This document shows, piece after piece, positions 46,725 to 56,125 of a stretch of 64,000 nt of DNA. Location of the stretch: assembly GCA_965232515.1 (NCBI GenBank), contig CBDDPY010000002.1, forward strand, positions 4,928,001-4,992,000. Reading direction: 5' to 3'. Position 1 is the stretch's first letter. Every line of letters starts with the position of its first letter. The stretch is from Alphaproteobacteria bacterium (GTDB lineage: Bacteria > Pseudomonadota > Alphaproteobacteria > GCA-2731375). The notes beneath the pieces were generated by a model. The model worked only from the letters and a program-made list of their open reading frames with translations, did not search any database and was not told where the DNA came from. The translations under genes were made by a program, and so were the position numbers.

Positions 46725-48398
46725 TCAGCCCGCTTTCACCAGGTCAGCGCCTTTCTCCGCCACGGCCACCGTCGGCGCCATGGTGTTGCCGGACGTGACG
46801 CACGGAAACACCGACGCATCGATGACGCGCAGGCCTTCCATGCCGTGCACCCGCAGGCTGGCGGGATCGGTCACCGCGTCCGCGCCGGTTCCCATCGCAC
46901 AGGTCGAGGTCGGGTGGTACATCGTCATGCAGTGGGACTTGATGTAGTTGCGCAGATCGTCGTCCGACTGCACGTCGCGCCCCGGCTCCATCTCCATGCC
47001 GACATGGTCCTTGAAGGCCGGCTGGTCGGTGATCTTGCGCATGATATGGATGCCCCGCACCAGGTTCTGCATGTCCCGGTCGTCCTGGCAGAAATTATGC
47101 TGGATCAGCGGCTGCTCGAACGGGTCGGGCGAATGCAGACCGACATGGCCGCGCGAGTAGGGGCGCAGATCCGTCGCATGCATTGCCCAGCCATGCGCGA
47201 AAAAACTGTCCGCGGCCTGGGCCGACGCGATGGTCGTGCAGAAGAACAGCTGCAGGTCGGGCCGGTCGGCGCCCTCGTGCGACCGGACGAATCCGCCGGC
47301 CTCCGCGGTGTTCGAGGTAAAGGCGCCGCGCCGCCGGAAAATCCATTTCAGCACATGGCCGATATTCTTGTGCAGCACCGGCAGCGACAGGCCATAAGTG
47401 ATCCGCGACGTCGACTTCTGCTTGACCCAGGTGTCGATGTGGTCCTGCAGGTTCTGTCCGACGCCGGGCAGTTCGTGCTGGACCTCGATCCCCTGCTTGA
47501 CGATCTCATGGCCCGGCCCGATGCCGGACAGCATCAGGATCTGCGGCGTGTTGAAGGCGCCGGCCGCCATGATCACTTCCCGTTGGGCATTGACGGTCTG
47601 CGTCATGCCATTCTGGTCGTACTCGACGCCTGTAACGCGCTTGCCGTCCAGGATCAGCCTGCGCACGCGCGCCTCGGTGATGAACTCGACGTTGGGCCGG
47701 TTCTTGCAGCCGTTGGCGTAGCCCGATTCCATGCCCCATCGCTCGCCGCCCTTCTGCTGCAGCCAGTGATAGCCGATGCCTTCCTGGCTCTTGCCGTTGA
47801 AGTCGGGATTGATGTTGTAGCCGGCCTGCTTGCAGGCCTCGAAATAGACGTGGCACATGGGATTGGGGTCGCGCGGCGGCGCCACGTTGTAGGGCCCGCC
47901 GGTGCCGTGATAGTCGAGGTCGATCTGATCCCGGACCGGCCGGCCCTCGATGTGGAAGTTCGGTGTGTAGTCGGGATTGGTCGCGATCTCGAAGTTCTCG
48001 GACTTCTTGAAATATTTCAGCATCTCGTCGCGGCCCCAGCCAGGGGCGCCCAGCGCCTCCCACTGGTCGTAGTCTTCGTGCTGGCCGCGGATATAGATCA
48101 TGCCGTTGATCATCGACGAGCCGCCCACCGCCTTGCCGCGCGGCAGGTCCAGCGCCGCGCCGCCCAGGCCCTGGTTGGGCTCGCCCTTGAACAGATAGGT
48201 CATTTTCGGGCCGCCCATGAACGCGAGGTTCGGCATCATGAACGTCACCATGCCGAGCGGCATCTTCACGATCGTCTTCGTGTGATTTCCGGCCTTGCCG
48301 TATTCCAGGATGCCGACCCGCACGTTGGGGTCTTCGCTCAGGCGGTAGGCAAGCACACAGCCCGCCACGCCGCCGCCGACGATCACATAGTCATACAT
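46725..48398 (-). CDS. GMC family oxidoreductase (choline/alcohol dehydrogenase-like)
   Basis: YDYVIVGGGVAG, RGKAVGGSSMINGM, GVGQNLQDH, YHPTSTCAMG, GNTMAP. RBS GGAGG. Confidence 0.92.
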   Translation of the reverse strand: MYDYVIVGGGVAGCVLAYRLSEDPNVRVGILEYGKAGNHTKTIVKMPLGMVTFMMPNLAFMGGPKMTYLFKGEPNQGLGGAALDLPRGKAVGGSSMINGMIYIRGQHEDYDQWEALGAPGWGRDEMLKYFKKSENFEIATNPDYTPNFHIEGRPVRDQIDLDYHGTGGPYNVAPPRDPNPMCHVYFEACKQAGYNINPDFNGKSQEGIGYHWLQQKGGERWGMESGYANGCKNRPNVEFITEARVRRLILDGKRVTGVEYDQNGMTQTVNAQREVIMAAGAFNTPQILMLSGIGPGHEIVKQGIEVQHELPGVGQNLQDHIDTWVKQKSTSRITYGLSLPVLHKNIGHVLKWIFRRRGAFTSNTAEAGGFVRSHEGADRPDLQLFFCTTIASAQAADSFFAHGWAMHATDLRPYSRGHVGLHSPDPFEQPLIQHNFCQDDRDMQNLVRGIHIMRKITDQPAFKDHVGMEMEPGRDVQSDDDLRNYIKSHCMTMYHPTSTCAMGTGADAVTDPASLRVHGMEGLRVIDASVFPCVTSGNTMAPTVAVAEKGADLVKAG

Positions 48399-48409
48399 TG
48401 CTAGCCTCC

Positions 48410-49213
48410 CTACTTGCCGATTCCGGATGTCAGGCCACGCACCAGCCAGCGCTGGAAGAAGATGGCCAGGAAATAGACGGGCACCATGGCGGCAAGCGAC
48501 GCCACCGCCATCTGCCCGAAGCGCAGCTGACGGTCGCCCTGATAGAGCGACAGGCCGACGGGCACGGTCTGGGTGTCCTCGCTGCGCGCCAGAAAGGACG
48601 CGAACAGGAACTCGTTGTAGGACAGGACCAGGCAGATGATGCCCGTGCTGGCGATGCCCGGCATCAACAGCGGGATCACGATCCACCTGAGGATCTGTAT
48701 CTGGTTCAGGCCGTCGATCTGCGCCGCTTCTTCGACGTCGACCGGCAGGCGCCGCACGAATGACGACAACAGCCAGAACGCCACCGGCAGGTTCATCACG
48801 CCATAGACCAGCGACATGCCGGCGAGCGTGTTCACCAGCCCGAGATTCTTCAGCAGAAAGAATAGCGGGAACAGCGCCACGATCGGCGGCGCCACGTAGC
48901 TGCCCAGAATCACCGCCGGCAGCCATGGATGGCCGAGATTGGACCGCGCGATCGCATGCGTCGCCGGCACCGCGATGAACAGCGTGATCAGCGTGCCGCA
49001 CGCGGCGGCGATTGCCGAGTTGGCCAGATACTTATCGAGCGCGATCGACGCGAAGGCGTCCGGATAGTTCTTCCAGAACAGCACGGTCGGAAACACGTCG
49101 CCGGTGGCGATGTCGGCCTGGCTCTTCAGCGAGACCATGGCCATGTAGAGGATCGGAAAGGTGAAGAAGGCGAGCGCCAGCGCCAGCAGCGGCAGATAGA
49201 CCCGGCGCTTCAC
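48410..49213 (-). CDS. Carbohydrate ABC transporter permease
   Basis: EEAAQIDG EAA motif; YNEFLFA. Confidence 0.9.
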   Translation of the reverse strand: MKRRVYLPLLALALAFFTFPILYMAMVSLKSQADIATGDVFPTVLFWKNYPDAFASIALDKYLANSAIAAACGTLITLFIAVPATHAIARSNLGHPWLPAVILGSYVAPPIVALFPLFFLLKNLGLVNTLAGMSLVYGVMNLPVAFWLLSSFVRRLPVDVEEAAQIDGLNQIQILRWIVIPLLMPGIASTGIICLVLSYNEFLFASFLARSEDTQTVPVGLSLYQGDRQLRFGQMAVASLAAMVPVYFLAIFFQRWLVRGLTSGIGK

Positions 49214-50133
49214 GACAGCCTCGCGTCGGCGCGGTCATGCGCCATGGTGAACGGTACGGTCGCCAGCCCGACGACGATGGCGAACAGGATCGTCTGCGTC
49301 GCGGCCATGCCGATATCGAACTGCTGGATCGCGACCCGGTAGATGTAGAAGCTCGAGACCGTTGTCGCCTGTCCCGGACCCCCGGCCGTCAGCACGAAGA
49401 CCAGGTCGAAGACCTTGAAGGCGATCACCAGCTTCAGGACGGCAATGCCGATCAGCGCCGGCAGCAGCATCGGCAGCGTGATGAAGCGAAAGATCTGGAA
49501 GTGCGTCTGGCAGTCGAGCTGCGCCGCGTCGAAGACCTCCTCCGGCAGCGTCTGCAGGGCCGCGAACGCCATCAGCGCCACGAACGGGCTCCATTGCCAG
49601 ACGTCGGCGACGGCAAGGAAGAAAAACGCCGATGCCGGCTGGCCGAGGAAGCTGACGGGCTCGCTGATGATCGCCAGGTCCGCCAGGAACCCGTTCAGCC
49701 AGCCGCCCTGCGGCATCAGGATCAGCTGCCACATCACCGCCACCGTCACGGGCGGCGTCAGCAGCGGCAGCAGGATCAGCGTGCGGATCAGGTCCCGGCC
49801 CTTGACGGCCTGGTCGAGCAGCAGCGCGAGCGCGACGCCGAGGACCATCGCCATCCCCGTCGTCAGAAAGGAAAACCCGACCGAGCGGGCAATCGTCGCG
49901 GTGAACTTGGCATCGCCGACGGCGTCGGCATAGTTCGAGAATCCGACCCAGTCCTGAAACACCCGGCCGAGATTGCTTTCCGAGAACGACAGGAACAGCA
50001 GATAGACGAACGGATAGACGGCGAACACGACGATGCCGAGGATCATCGGCAGCGCCAGCATCCAGGCGATGCGCCGGCCCGAGAACCACGAGACCCTCGG
50101 GCCGGTACGCGTTACAGCCATCGACACGGACAA
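49210..50133 (-). CDS. Carbohydrate ABC transporter permease
   Basis: DVWQWSPF, FDAAQLD, ITLPML, FKVFD, TAGGPG. Start uncertain. Confidence 0.9.
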   Translation of the reverse strand: MSVSMAVTRTGPRVSWFSGRRIAWMLALPMILGIVVFAVYPFVYLLFLSFSESNLGRVFQDWVGFSNYADAVGDAKFTATIARSVGFSFLTTGMAMVLGVALALLLDQAVKGRDLIRTLILLPLLTPPVTVAVMWQLILMPQGGWLNGFLADLAIISEPVSFLGQPASAFFFLAVADVWQWSPFVALMAFAALQTLPEEVFDAAQLDCQTHFQIFRFITLPMLLPALIGIAVLKLVIAFKVFDLVFVLTAGGPGQATTVSSFYIYRVAIQQFDIGMAATQTILFAIVVGLATVPFTMAHDRADARLS

Positions 50134-50137
50134 TGGC

Positions 50138-51490
50138 TCAGCTCAGGGTTTTCTCCCAGAATGCCTGCGCGTCGCCCATCGCCTGCTCGACCGACTTCTC
50201 GCCGGCCAGCATCAGGCCAAGCTCGTCGGTCAACGCCTGCATCAGCTTTGGCGTCTCGGGCTTCGTCGGCCAGGGGAAGGCGTCCGCGATGGCTTCCTCG
50301 ACCACCTCGCCCTGCCGCGGCGCGAAGGCCTTGTAGGCCGGGATCGCCGATTTGCGGATCGGATCGACGCCGGTCTTGTTGTTGGTCAGGACGGCGACAT
50401 GCGTCTCCTTGGACGAGGCCATCTTGACGAACTCCCAGGCCATGTCCTGGTTGCTTGAGCCGGTCGAGACCGCGAAGCCGAAGCCGGCGTTCATGGCCGG
50501 GCGGTGGACGTTGTTGCCGCCGCCGACCGGCATCGGCACCGCGCCCCATTTGCCGACGATCTTGCTCTGCTCGGGATCTTCCGCCCAGGTGCCCATGTCG
50601 GTCCAGAACTCGATCATGCCGGCCTGGCCGCCCAAGAACACCGGGATCGAATTGCCGAACTCGGTCTCCAGCGGTGTCGGCGTGGCGTGCGGCGCGGCAT
50701 CCAGCATGGTCTTGGCCGCGGCGATCGCGGCAGCGCTGGTCAGCGCCGGCTTGCCGTTGGCATCCAGGAAATCGCCACCGAATCCGCCCAGGCGGTTGGC
50801 GTAGCTGGAGCAGAGGATGATCGGGATCTGCTTGGCCATGATCAGGGCGCCGTAGATGCCGTTGGCCTTCTCCGCGTCGGTGATCGCGGCGGTGACGGCG
50901 GCGTATTCATCCCATGTCCGGGGTGGCTTCTGGCCGTTACGTTCGAGGATCTCCGAATTGTAGAACAGCACATGCGTGTCGCCGTCATAGGGCAGGCCGT
51001 AGCGCCTGCCGTTGACCAGCGTGTAGGCGTCATAGAGCGCGCCCAGGAAGTCGTCCGGGTCGATGACGTCCTTTTCCGCCTCGATGCGGTCGGTGATGTC
51101 GGCGACGACCCCGTCGCGCACCAGCGCCTCCTTGTCGGCGTACCAGTATTCGAACACGTCGAACTGATTCGTCCCCGACATGACGTCCAGCGTCGCCTGC
51201 GCGGTGATCTGGTCGTAGGGAACCTTGACCGCCTCGACCGTGGCCCCGGTCAGTTCCGCGAACGCCGCCGACAGCGGTTCGATCGAGCCGGCGTGCGGAT
51301 TGATCATCATGAACTTCAGGGTCTGGCCGGAGAAATCGGCGGCGCGCGCCAGCTTCACAAGCGCCGGATGCGCCAGAAGCGGCCCGGCGAGCGCGGCCGA
51401 CAGGGCGCCCCTAGTGAAACGCCGTCGGGTGATGCCCGTGGCGGTGATCTCGTCGTTCTTCGCGAGATCGGAATCCTTGATTTTGCTCAT
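50138..51490 (-). CDS. ABC transporter substrate-binding protein (CUT1 type) with Tat signal
   Basis: ITRRRFTRGAL Tat motif; YGLPYDGD, LFYN, PPRTWDEY. Confidence 0.88.
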   Translation of the reverse strand: MSKIKDSDLAKNDEITATGITRRRFTRGALSAALAGPLLAHPALVKLARAADFSGQTLKFMMINPHAGSIEPLSAAFAELTGATVEAVKVPYDQITAQATLDVMSGTNQFDVFEYWYADKEALVRDGVVADITDRIEAEKDVIDPDDFLGALYDAYTLVNGRRYGLPYDGDTHVLFYNSEILERNGQKPPRTWDEYAAVTAAITDAEKANGIYGALIMAKQIPIILCSSYANRLGGFGGDFLDANGKPALTSAAAIAAAKTMLDAAPHATPTPLETEFGNSIPVFLGGQAGMIEFWTDMGTWAEDPEQSKIVGKWGAVPMPVGGGNNVHRPAMNAGFGFAVSTGSSNQDMAWEFVKMASSKETHVAVLTNNKTGVDPIRKSAIPAYKAFAPRQGEVVEEAIADAFPWPTKPETPKLMQALTDELGLMLAGEKSVEQAMGDAQAFWEKTLS

Positions 51491-51636
51491 TTCGTTATCC
51501 TCCCTTTGCAAGTCCGTTGCGAGCCGCTTGCCGAAAGGCCGTCAACATACGCACACGCGTCAACGCGGCGCTTCCGGCAAACAGCTGACTTGAATTGACC
51601 TGTTCTTCCCCTTCGTTAGTGGTTGGAGTGCCGCCG

Positions 51637-52359
51637 TCAGCCGGCGTTTTCCGTATCCTCGATGCCGGGACGTGGCAGGCTGGCGCCCGCGTCCGTCATG
51701 TGCTGGCGCATTGCCGCCGCCGCCGCCGGCCCATCGTGCGCGGCAATCGCGTCGGCGACGCGCTTGTGCCCGGCATGGGCAAGGCGGATGTGCGCCTTGT
51801 CCTTCAGGGTCAGCTTGCGCAGGTCGTGCGTCGCCTCGAGGATCTCCTCGACGATCTGCTCGATCATGGCGTTTTGGGTGATGGACGCCAGTTCCAGATG
51901 AAAGTCGGCGTCGGTCCGGCCCGCGTCGTCGATGCCGACCCGTCTCAGCGATTCCGTGAGCGCGTTCAGCCGCCGGATATTGTCGTCCGTGGCTTTTTGC
52001 GCCGCCAGTTCGGCAACGCCGGGTTCGATCACCATGCGCAGCTCGATCAGCTTCTGCAGGCTGTCCACATGCGTGTCGAACCAGTCGCCGAGCCGTGCGA
52101 CGGAGCGCTCGCTTGCCGCCACGACGAACGTACCCAGCCCCGGCTTGACGTCCACATAGGACTGCACCTGAAGCTTGCGCAGCGCCTCGCGCACCGACAT
52201 GCGCGACACGCTGAACAGTTCGCACAGCTCGCGTTCGCTCGGCAGCCGTTGGCCTTCCGCCAACTCGCCGCTGTCGATCATGCCCTTGATCTGGTCGGCG
52301 ACCTGCATCCAGATCTTGGCCCGATCGATTGCCATGAAGCGCGGCGCATTTGCCGTCAT
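51637..52359 (-). CDS. GntR/FadR family regulator (FCD domain)
   Basis: LPSERELCELFSVSRMSVREAL; DADFH; AMRQH. Confidence 0.92.
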   Translation of the reverse strand: MTANAPRFMAIDRAKIWMQVADQIKGMIDSGELAEGQRLPSERELCELFSVSRMSVREALRKLQVQSYVDVKPGLGTFVVAASERSVARLGDWFDTHVDSLQKLIELRMVIEPGVAELAAQKATDDNIRRLNALTESLRRVGIDDAGRTDADFHLELASITQNAMIEQIVEEILEATHDLRKLTLKDKAHIRLAHAGHKRVADAIAAHDGPAAAAAMRQHMTDAGASLPRPGIEDTENAG

Positions 52360-52409
52360 GTCATGCCCGCCTCGGTTTCGTCCGGCGATTGGCCATCCGC
52401 CCATCAAAC

Positions 52410-52435
52410 TGGTCAGTGGTCATACCACCAGACCA
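52410..52435. promoter_or_regulatory. FadR-type operator
   Basis: TGGTCAGTGGTCATACCACCAGACCA, with nested TGGT...ACCA dyads upstream of the FadR gene. Confidence 0.6.
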
Positions 52436-52618
52436 CAATGCTAACAGCCTGCCCAACACGGTCAAGCAGCATCGGGCCGCGGTGCTTGCTGAGGAGATCG
52501 CCGGTAACGCGCAATCGCTCGTCATGCTGGCGAAGGCCAGCATCCAGCAACATCTCAAGTGATTGAGAGACAAGACATATGGATCCTGGCCTTCGCCAGG
52601 ATGACGGTGTCGCGGATG

Positions 52619-53281
52619 TTAGTCCGCGTCCGCGAGTGCCTTCAGATGCTCCGGCTCTTTCAGCTCGATGCGGCCGCGGGCCCGGTCGAGCCAGCCCCGG
52701 CGTTCCAGCTCCTTGAGCTGCCGGCCGACCACCTCACGCGCGGTGCCGAGCTCGGTGGCGAGATCCTGGTGCGTGGCGCAGACCGCGCCGTCCGGTCCGG
52801 CCAGATCCAACAGGCGCTGTGCCAGCCGCTTGTCCAGCCGCTCGAAGGCGACTTCCTCGACCACGTGCATCAGGTCCGAGATCCGGTGCGAATAGTCGGC
52901 GAACACCAGCCGCCGGAAGCCGGGCGAGCGCGCGATCGCTTCCTCGAACGCGGCTTTCGGCAACGCCACCGCGTCCACGTCGGTCTCGGCGACGCCTTCG
53001 GCCGAAACGGCCTCGCCCGACAACAGGCAGGCCGTCGTCATGATGCAGGTTTCGCCGCCCGTGACCCGGTAGAGCACGATCTCGCGGCCGTTCGGCGAGA
53101 CCTGCTGCACCCGCACGGTGCCGTCCAGCACCAGAATGAAGCTCTCGGCCTCGACGCCGGGCGCGAAGATCGTCGTGCCCGCCGGCAACGACACCTGCAT
53201 GGCGCGCGCGCTCAACAGCCGCCGGTCTTCCGCCGGCAGGGCCGCGAGGTCGGGAAACTGCTCGAGCCAGCTCTCGTTCAT
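52619..53281 (-). CDS. Crp/Fnr family regulator
   Basis: GREIVLYRVTGGETCIMTTACLL; THQDLATELGTAREVVGRQL. Confidence 0.9.
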   Translation of the reverse strand: MNESWLEQFPDLAALPAEDRRLLSARAMQVSLPAGTTIFAPGVEAESFILVLDGTVRVQQVSPNGREIVLYRVTGGETCIMTTACLLSGEAVSAEGVAETDVDAVALPKAAFEEAIARSPGFRRLVFADYSHRISDLMHVVEEVAFERLDKRLAQRLLDLAGPDGAVCATHQDLATELGTAREVVGRQLKELERRGWLDRARGRIELKEPEHLKALADAD

Positions 53282-53323
53282 GGATGTGCTTTCGTCGCCG
53301 CCGCCGCGCGGGTTCACGAAAAC

Positions 53324-53336
53324 GTGACTAAGTCAC
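53324..53336. promoter_or_regulatory. Candidate Crp/Fnr-type operator GTGAC-TAA-GTCAC
   Basis: Perfect dyad between the divergent Crp/Fnr and persulfide dioxygenase genes. Confidence 0.55.
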
Positions 53337-53417
53337 AGACACAACCTTAGCGCAAGTGCAGGCTGCTCCCAACGTCAACAGGCGTCGCGCACGACCGCGA
53401 CGGTGGGAGGGTAATGC

Positions 53418-54278
53418 ATGAAACCGACTGTCAAGACGTTCTTCGACGAAGCGACATACACGGCGACGCATGTGATCTCGGACCCCGAGACCCGTCACGC
53501 GGCCATCGTCGACAGCGTCAAGGACTACGACCCGAAATCCGGCCGCACGTCGACCGCGTCCGCCGACGCCGTCATCGCCTATGTGCAGGAACAGGATCTT
53601 ACCGTCGACTGGATCCTGGAGACCCATGTGCACGCCGATCATCTGACCGCAGCACCGTATCTCAAGGAAAAGCTGGGCGGCAGCATCGGCATCGGCGCGC
53701 GCATCGACGTGGTCCAGGGCGTGTTCAAGAAGGTGTTCAACGCCGAAGACGAGTTCGCCACTGACGGCCGCCAGTTCGATCAACTGTTCGCCGACAACGA
53801 GATCTTCCATATCGGCGAGCTGGAAGCGACCGTGATCCACACGCCGGGCCACACGCCGGCCTGCGCGACCTACGTGGTCGGCGACGCCGCCTTTGTCGGC
53901 GACACCTTGTTCATGCCCGACTTCGGCACCGCCCGTTGCGACTTTCCGGGCGGCGACGCGCGCCAGCTCTACCAATCCATTCAGCGCATCCTGTCGCTGC
54001 CGCCGGACACCCGGCTGTTCATGTGCCACGACTACGCGCCCGGCGACCGGGGTTACGAGTGGGAGACCACCGTCGCCGCCGAATGGGCCGACAACATCCA
54101 CGTCCGCGACGGCGTCTCCGAAGACGATTTCGTCGCCATGCGCACCGACCGCGACAAACAACTCGATATGCCGGTCCTGATCCTGCCGTCGGTGCAGGTG
54201 AACATGCGCGCCGGCGCGATGCCGCCGGCAGAGGACAACGGCGTCCACTATCTGAAGATCCCGGTCGACGCGCTCTGA
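53418..54278 (+). CDS. Persulfide dioxygenase (Blh/PDO-type MBL-fold)
   Basis: ETHVHADH, TPGHTPAC, GDTLFMPDFGTARCDFPGG, CHDY, PSVQVNMRAG. Confidence 0.9.
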   Translation: MKPTVKTFFDEATYTATHVISDPETRHAAIVDSVKDYDPKSGRTSTASADAVIAYVQEQDLTVDWILETHVHADHLTAAPYLKEKLGGSIGIGARIDVVQGVFKKVFNAEDEFATDGRQFDQLFADNEIFHIGELEATVIHTPGHTPACATYVVGDAAFVGDTLFMPDFGTARCDFPGGDARQLYQSIQRILSLPPDTRLFMCHDYAPGDRGYEWETTVAAEWADNIHVRDGVSEDDFVAMRTDRDKQLDMPVLILPSVQVNMRAGAMPPAEDNGVHYLKIPVDAL

Positions 54279-54304
54279 CGCGACCGCACAGGAGAACCGC
54301 ATCC

Positions 54305-55986
54305 ATGTCCATCAACAAGGTCGACGCCGAGATCAGCGTCGCCCCGCAGATCACGACGGCCGACGTCCAGGCGATCGCGGCTGCGGTTACAAGACCATCA
54401 TCTGCAACCGCCCCGACGGCGAGGGCAACGATCAGCCGCTGTTCCACGAGATCGAGGAGGCGGCAAACCAGGCCGGGATCGAGTCGCATTACCTGCCGGT
54501 GGTCAGCGGCAAGGTCACCGACGAGGACGCCGCCGCCTTCGGCCAACTGCTCGACGCCGCGCCGAAACCTGTGTTGGCCTATTGCCGCAGCGGCACCCGC
54601 TCGATCACGCTCTGGTCGCTCAGCCGCGCCGGCCGCATGGCGCTGCCCGACATCCTGGCCAAGGCCAAGGGCGCGGGCTACGACATGCACGGCGTTGTCC
54701 GCCGCATCGCCAACAACGGCCGCACCCCGTCGGACGCCGTCGATGCCAAGTTCGAGGTGGTGATCGTCGGCGCCGGCTCGGCCGGCATATCCGTTGCCGC
54801 CTCGCTGCTCGCCCGGGCGCCGGAACTGAACGTCGCCGTCATCGATCCGGCCGACATCCACTACTACCAGCCCGGCTGGACGCTCGTCGGCGGCGGCATG
54901 TTCGCGGCCAACGACACCGTGCGCACGCTGTCCTCGGTGCTGCCCGAGAAGGTGCATTGGATCAAGGCCGCCGTCGCCGCCTTCGAGCCGGAACGCAACG
55001 CCGTGCTGCTGGAAGGCTGCCGACTGATCGAATACGACCGCCTCGTGGTCTGCCCGGGCCTGAAGCTCGACTGGCACAAGGTCGACGGCCTGGTCGATAC
55101 GCTGGGCAAGAACGGCGTCACCTCGAACTACCGTTTCGACCTCGCGCCCTATACCTGGGAGCTGGTCCGCGGCCTGAAGCAGGGCGCGGCTTTGTTCACC
55201 CAGCCGCCAATGCCAATCAAGTGCGCCGGCGCGCCCCAGAAGGCCATGTATCTCTCGGCCGACTACTGGTGGCGCGAGGGCTGGCTGCAGAATATGGACA
55301 TCGCCTTCCACAATGCCGGCGGCGTGCTGTTCGGCGTCAAGGATTATGTCCCGGCGCTAATGAAATACGTCGAGAAGTACCACGCCGACCTCCGCTTCAA
55401 CGAGAACCTGGTGGCGATCGACGGACCGGCGCGCACGGCATATTTCGACAAGACTGACGGCGACGGCAACGTCGAGCGGGTCGAACGCGAGTTCGACATG
55501 ATCCATGTCTGCCCGCCGCAATGCGCGCCCGACTTCATCCGGGTCAGTCCGCTCGCCGACGAGGCCGGCTGGGTCGACGTCGATCAGAACACGCTCCGGC
55601 ACAAGACGTATGAGAACGTCTGGAGCCTCGGCGACGTCATGAACGCGCCCAACGCCAAGACCGCCGCGGCGGCGCGCAAGCAGGCCCCGGTGGTGGCGCA
55701 GAACCTGCTCGCCGATCTCGGCAAGGCGTCCGGCGTCGCGCACTACGACGGCTACGGCTCCTGCCCGCTGACGGTGGAGAGCGGCAAGATCGTGCTGGCC
55801 GAGTTCGGCTATGGCGGCAAGCTGCTGCCCAGCTTCCCGCGCTGGCTGATCGACGGCCGCAAGCCCAGCCGGCTCGCCTGGATGCTCAAGGCCAAGGTCC
55901 TGCCGCCGGTCTACTGGAAAGCCATGCTGCGCGGCCGCGAATGGCTGGCCAAACCCAACCTGGTCCGGCCCGAGGTCGTCAACTGA
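54305..55986 (+). pseudogene. sqr: DUF442 (TIGR01244) sulfurtransferase-sulfide:quinone oxidoreductase fusion, frameshifted near 54384 (real lesion or sequence error)
   Basis: MSINKVDAEISVAPQI... switches frame to GYKTIICNRPDGE...YCRSGTRS. SQR motifs GAGSAG, YQPGWTLVG, IKCAGAPQK, KTAAAARKQ, YDGYGSCP. Confidence 0.85.
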
Positions 55987-56000
55987 GCGTCTTGCCGCCC

Positions 56001-56125
56001 GCCCTCACCCCAACCCTCTCCCGCAAGCGGGAGAGGGGGCCGCTGTCGCTGCGGTTTGTTGGCCCCTCTCCCGCTTGCGGGAGAGGGAGGGACCCGCGAG
56101 CGTCAGCTCGTGGGAGGGTGAGGGC
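56001..56125. repeat. Composite REP-like element (CCCTCACCCCAACCCTCTCCCGCAAGCGGGAGAGGG family)
   Basis: Two CCTCTCCCGC..GCGGGAGAGG hairpins enclosed by GCCCTCACCC...GGGTGAGGGC inverted ends. Confidence 0.8.

Noticed and set aside
48399-49001. N-terminal extension of the GMC ORF (758 aa)
   Set aside because: Overlaps the ABC permease in another frame. The GMC begins at MYDYVIVGGG with its own RBS.
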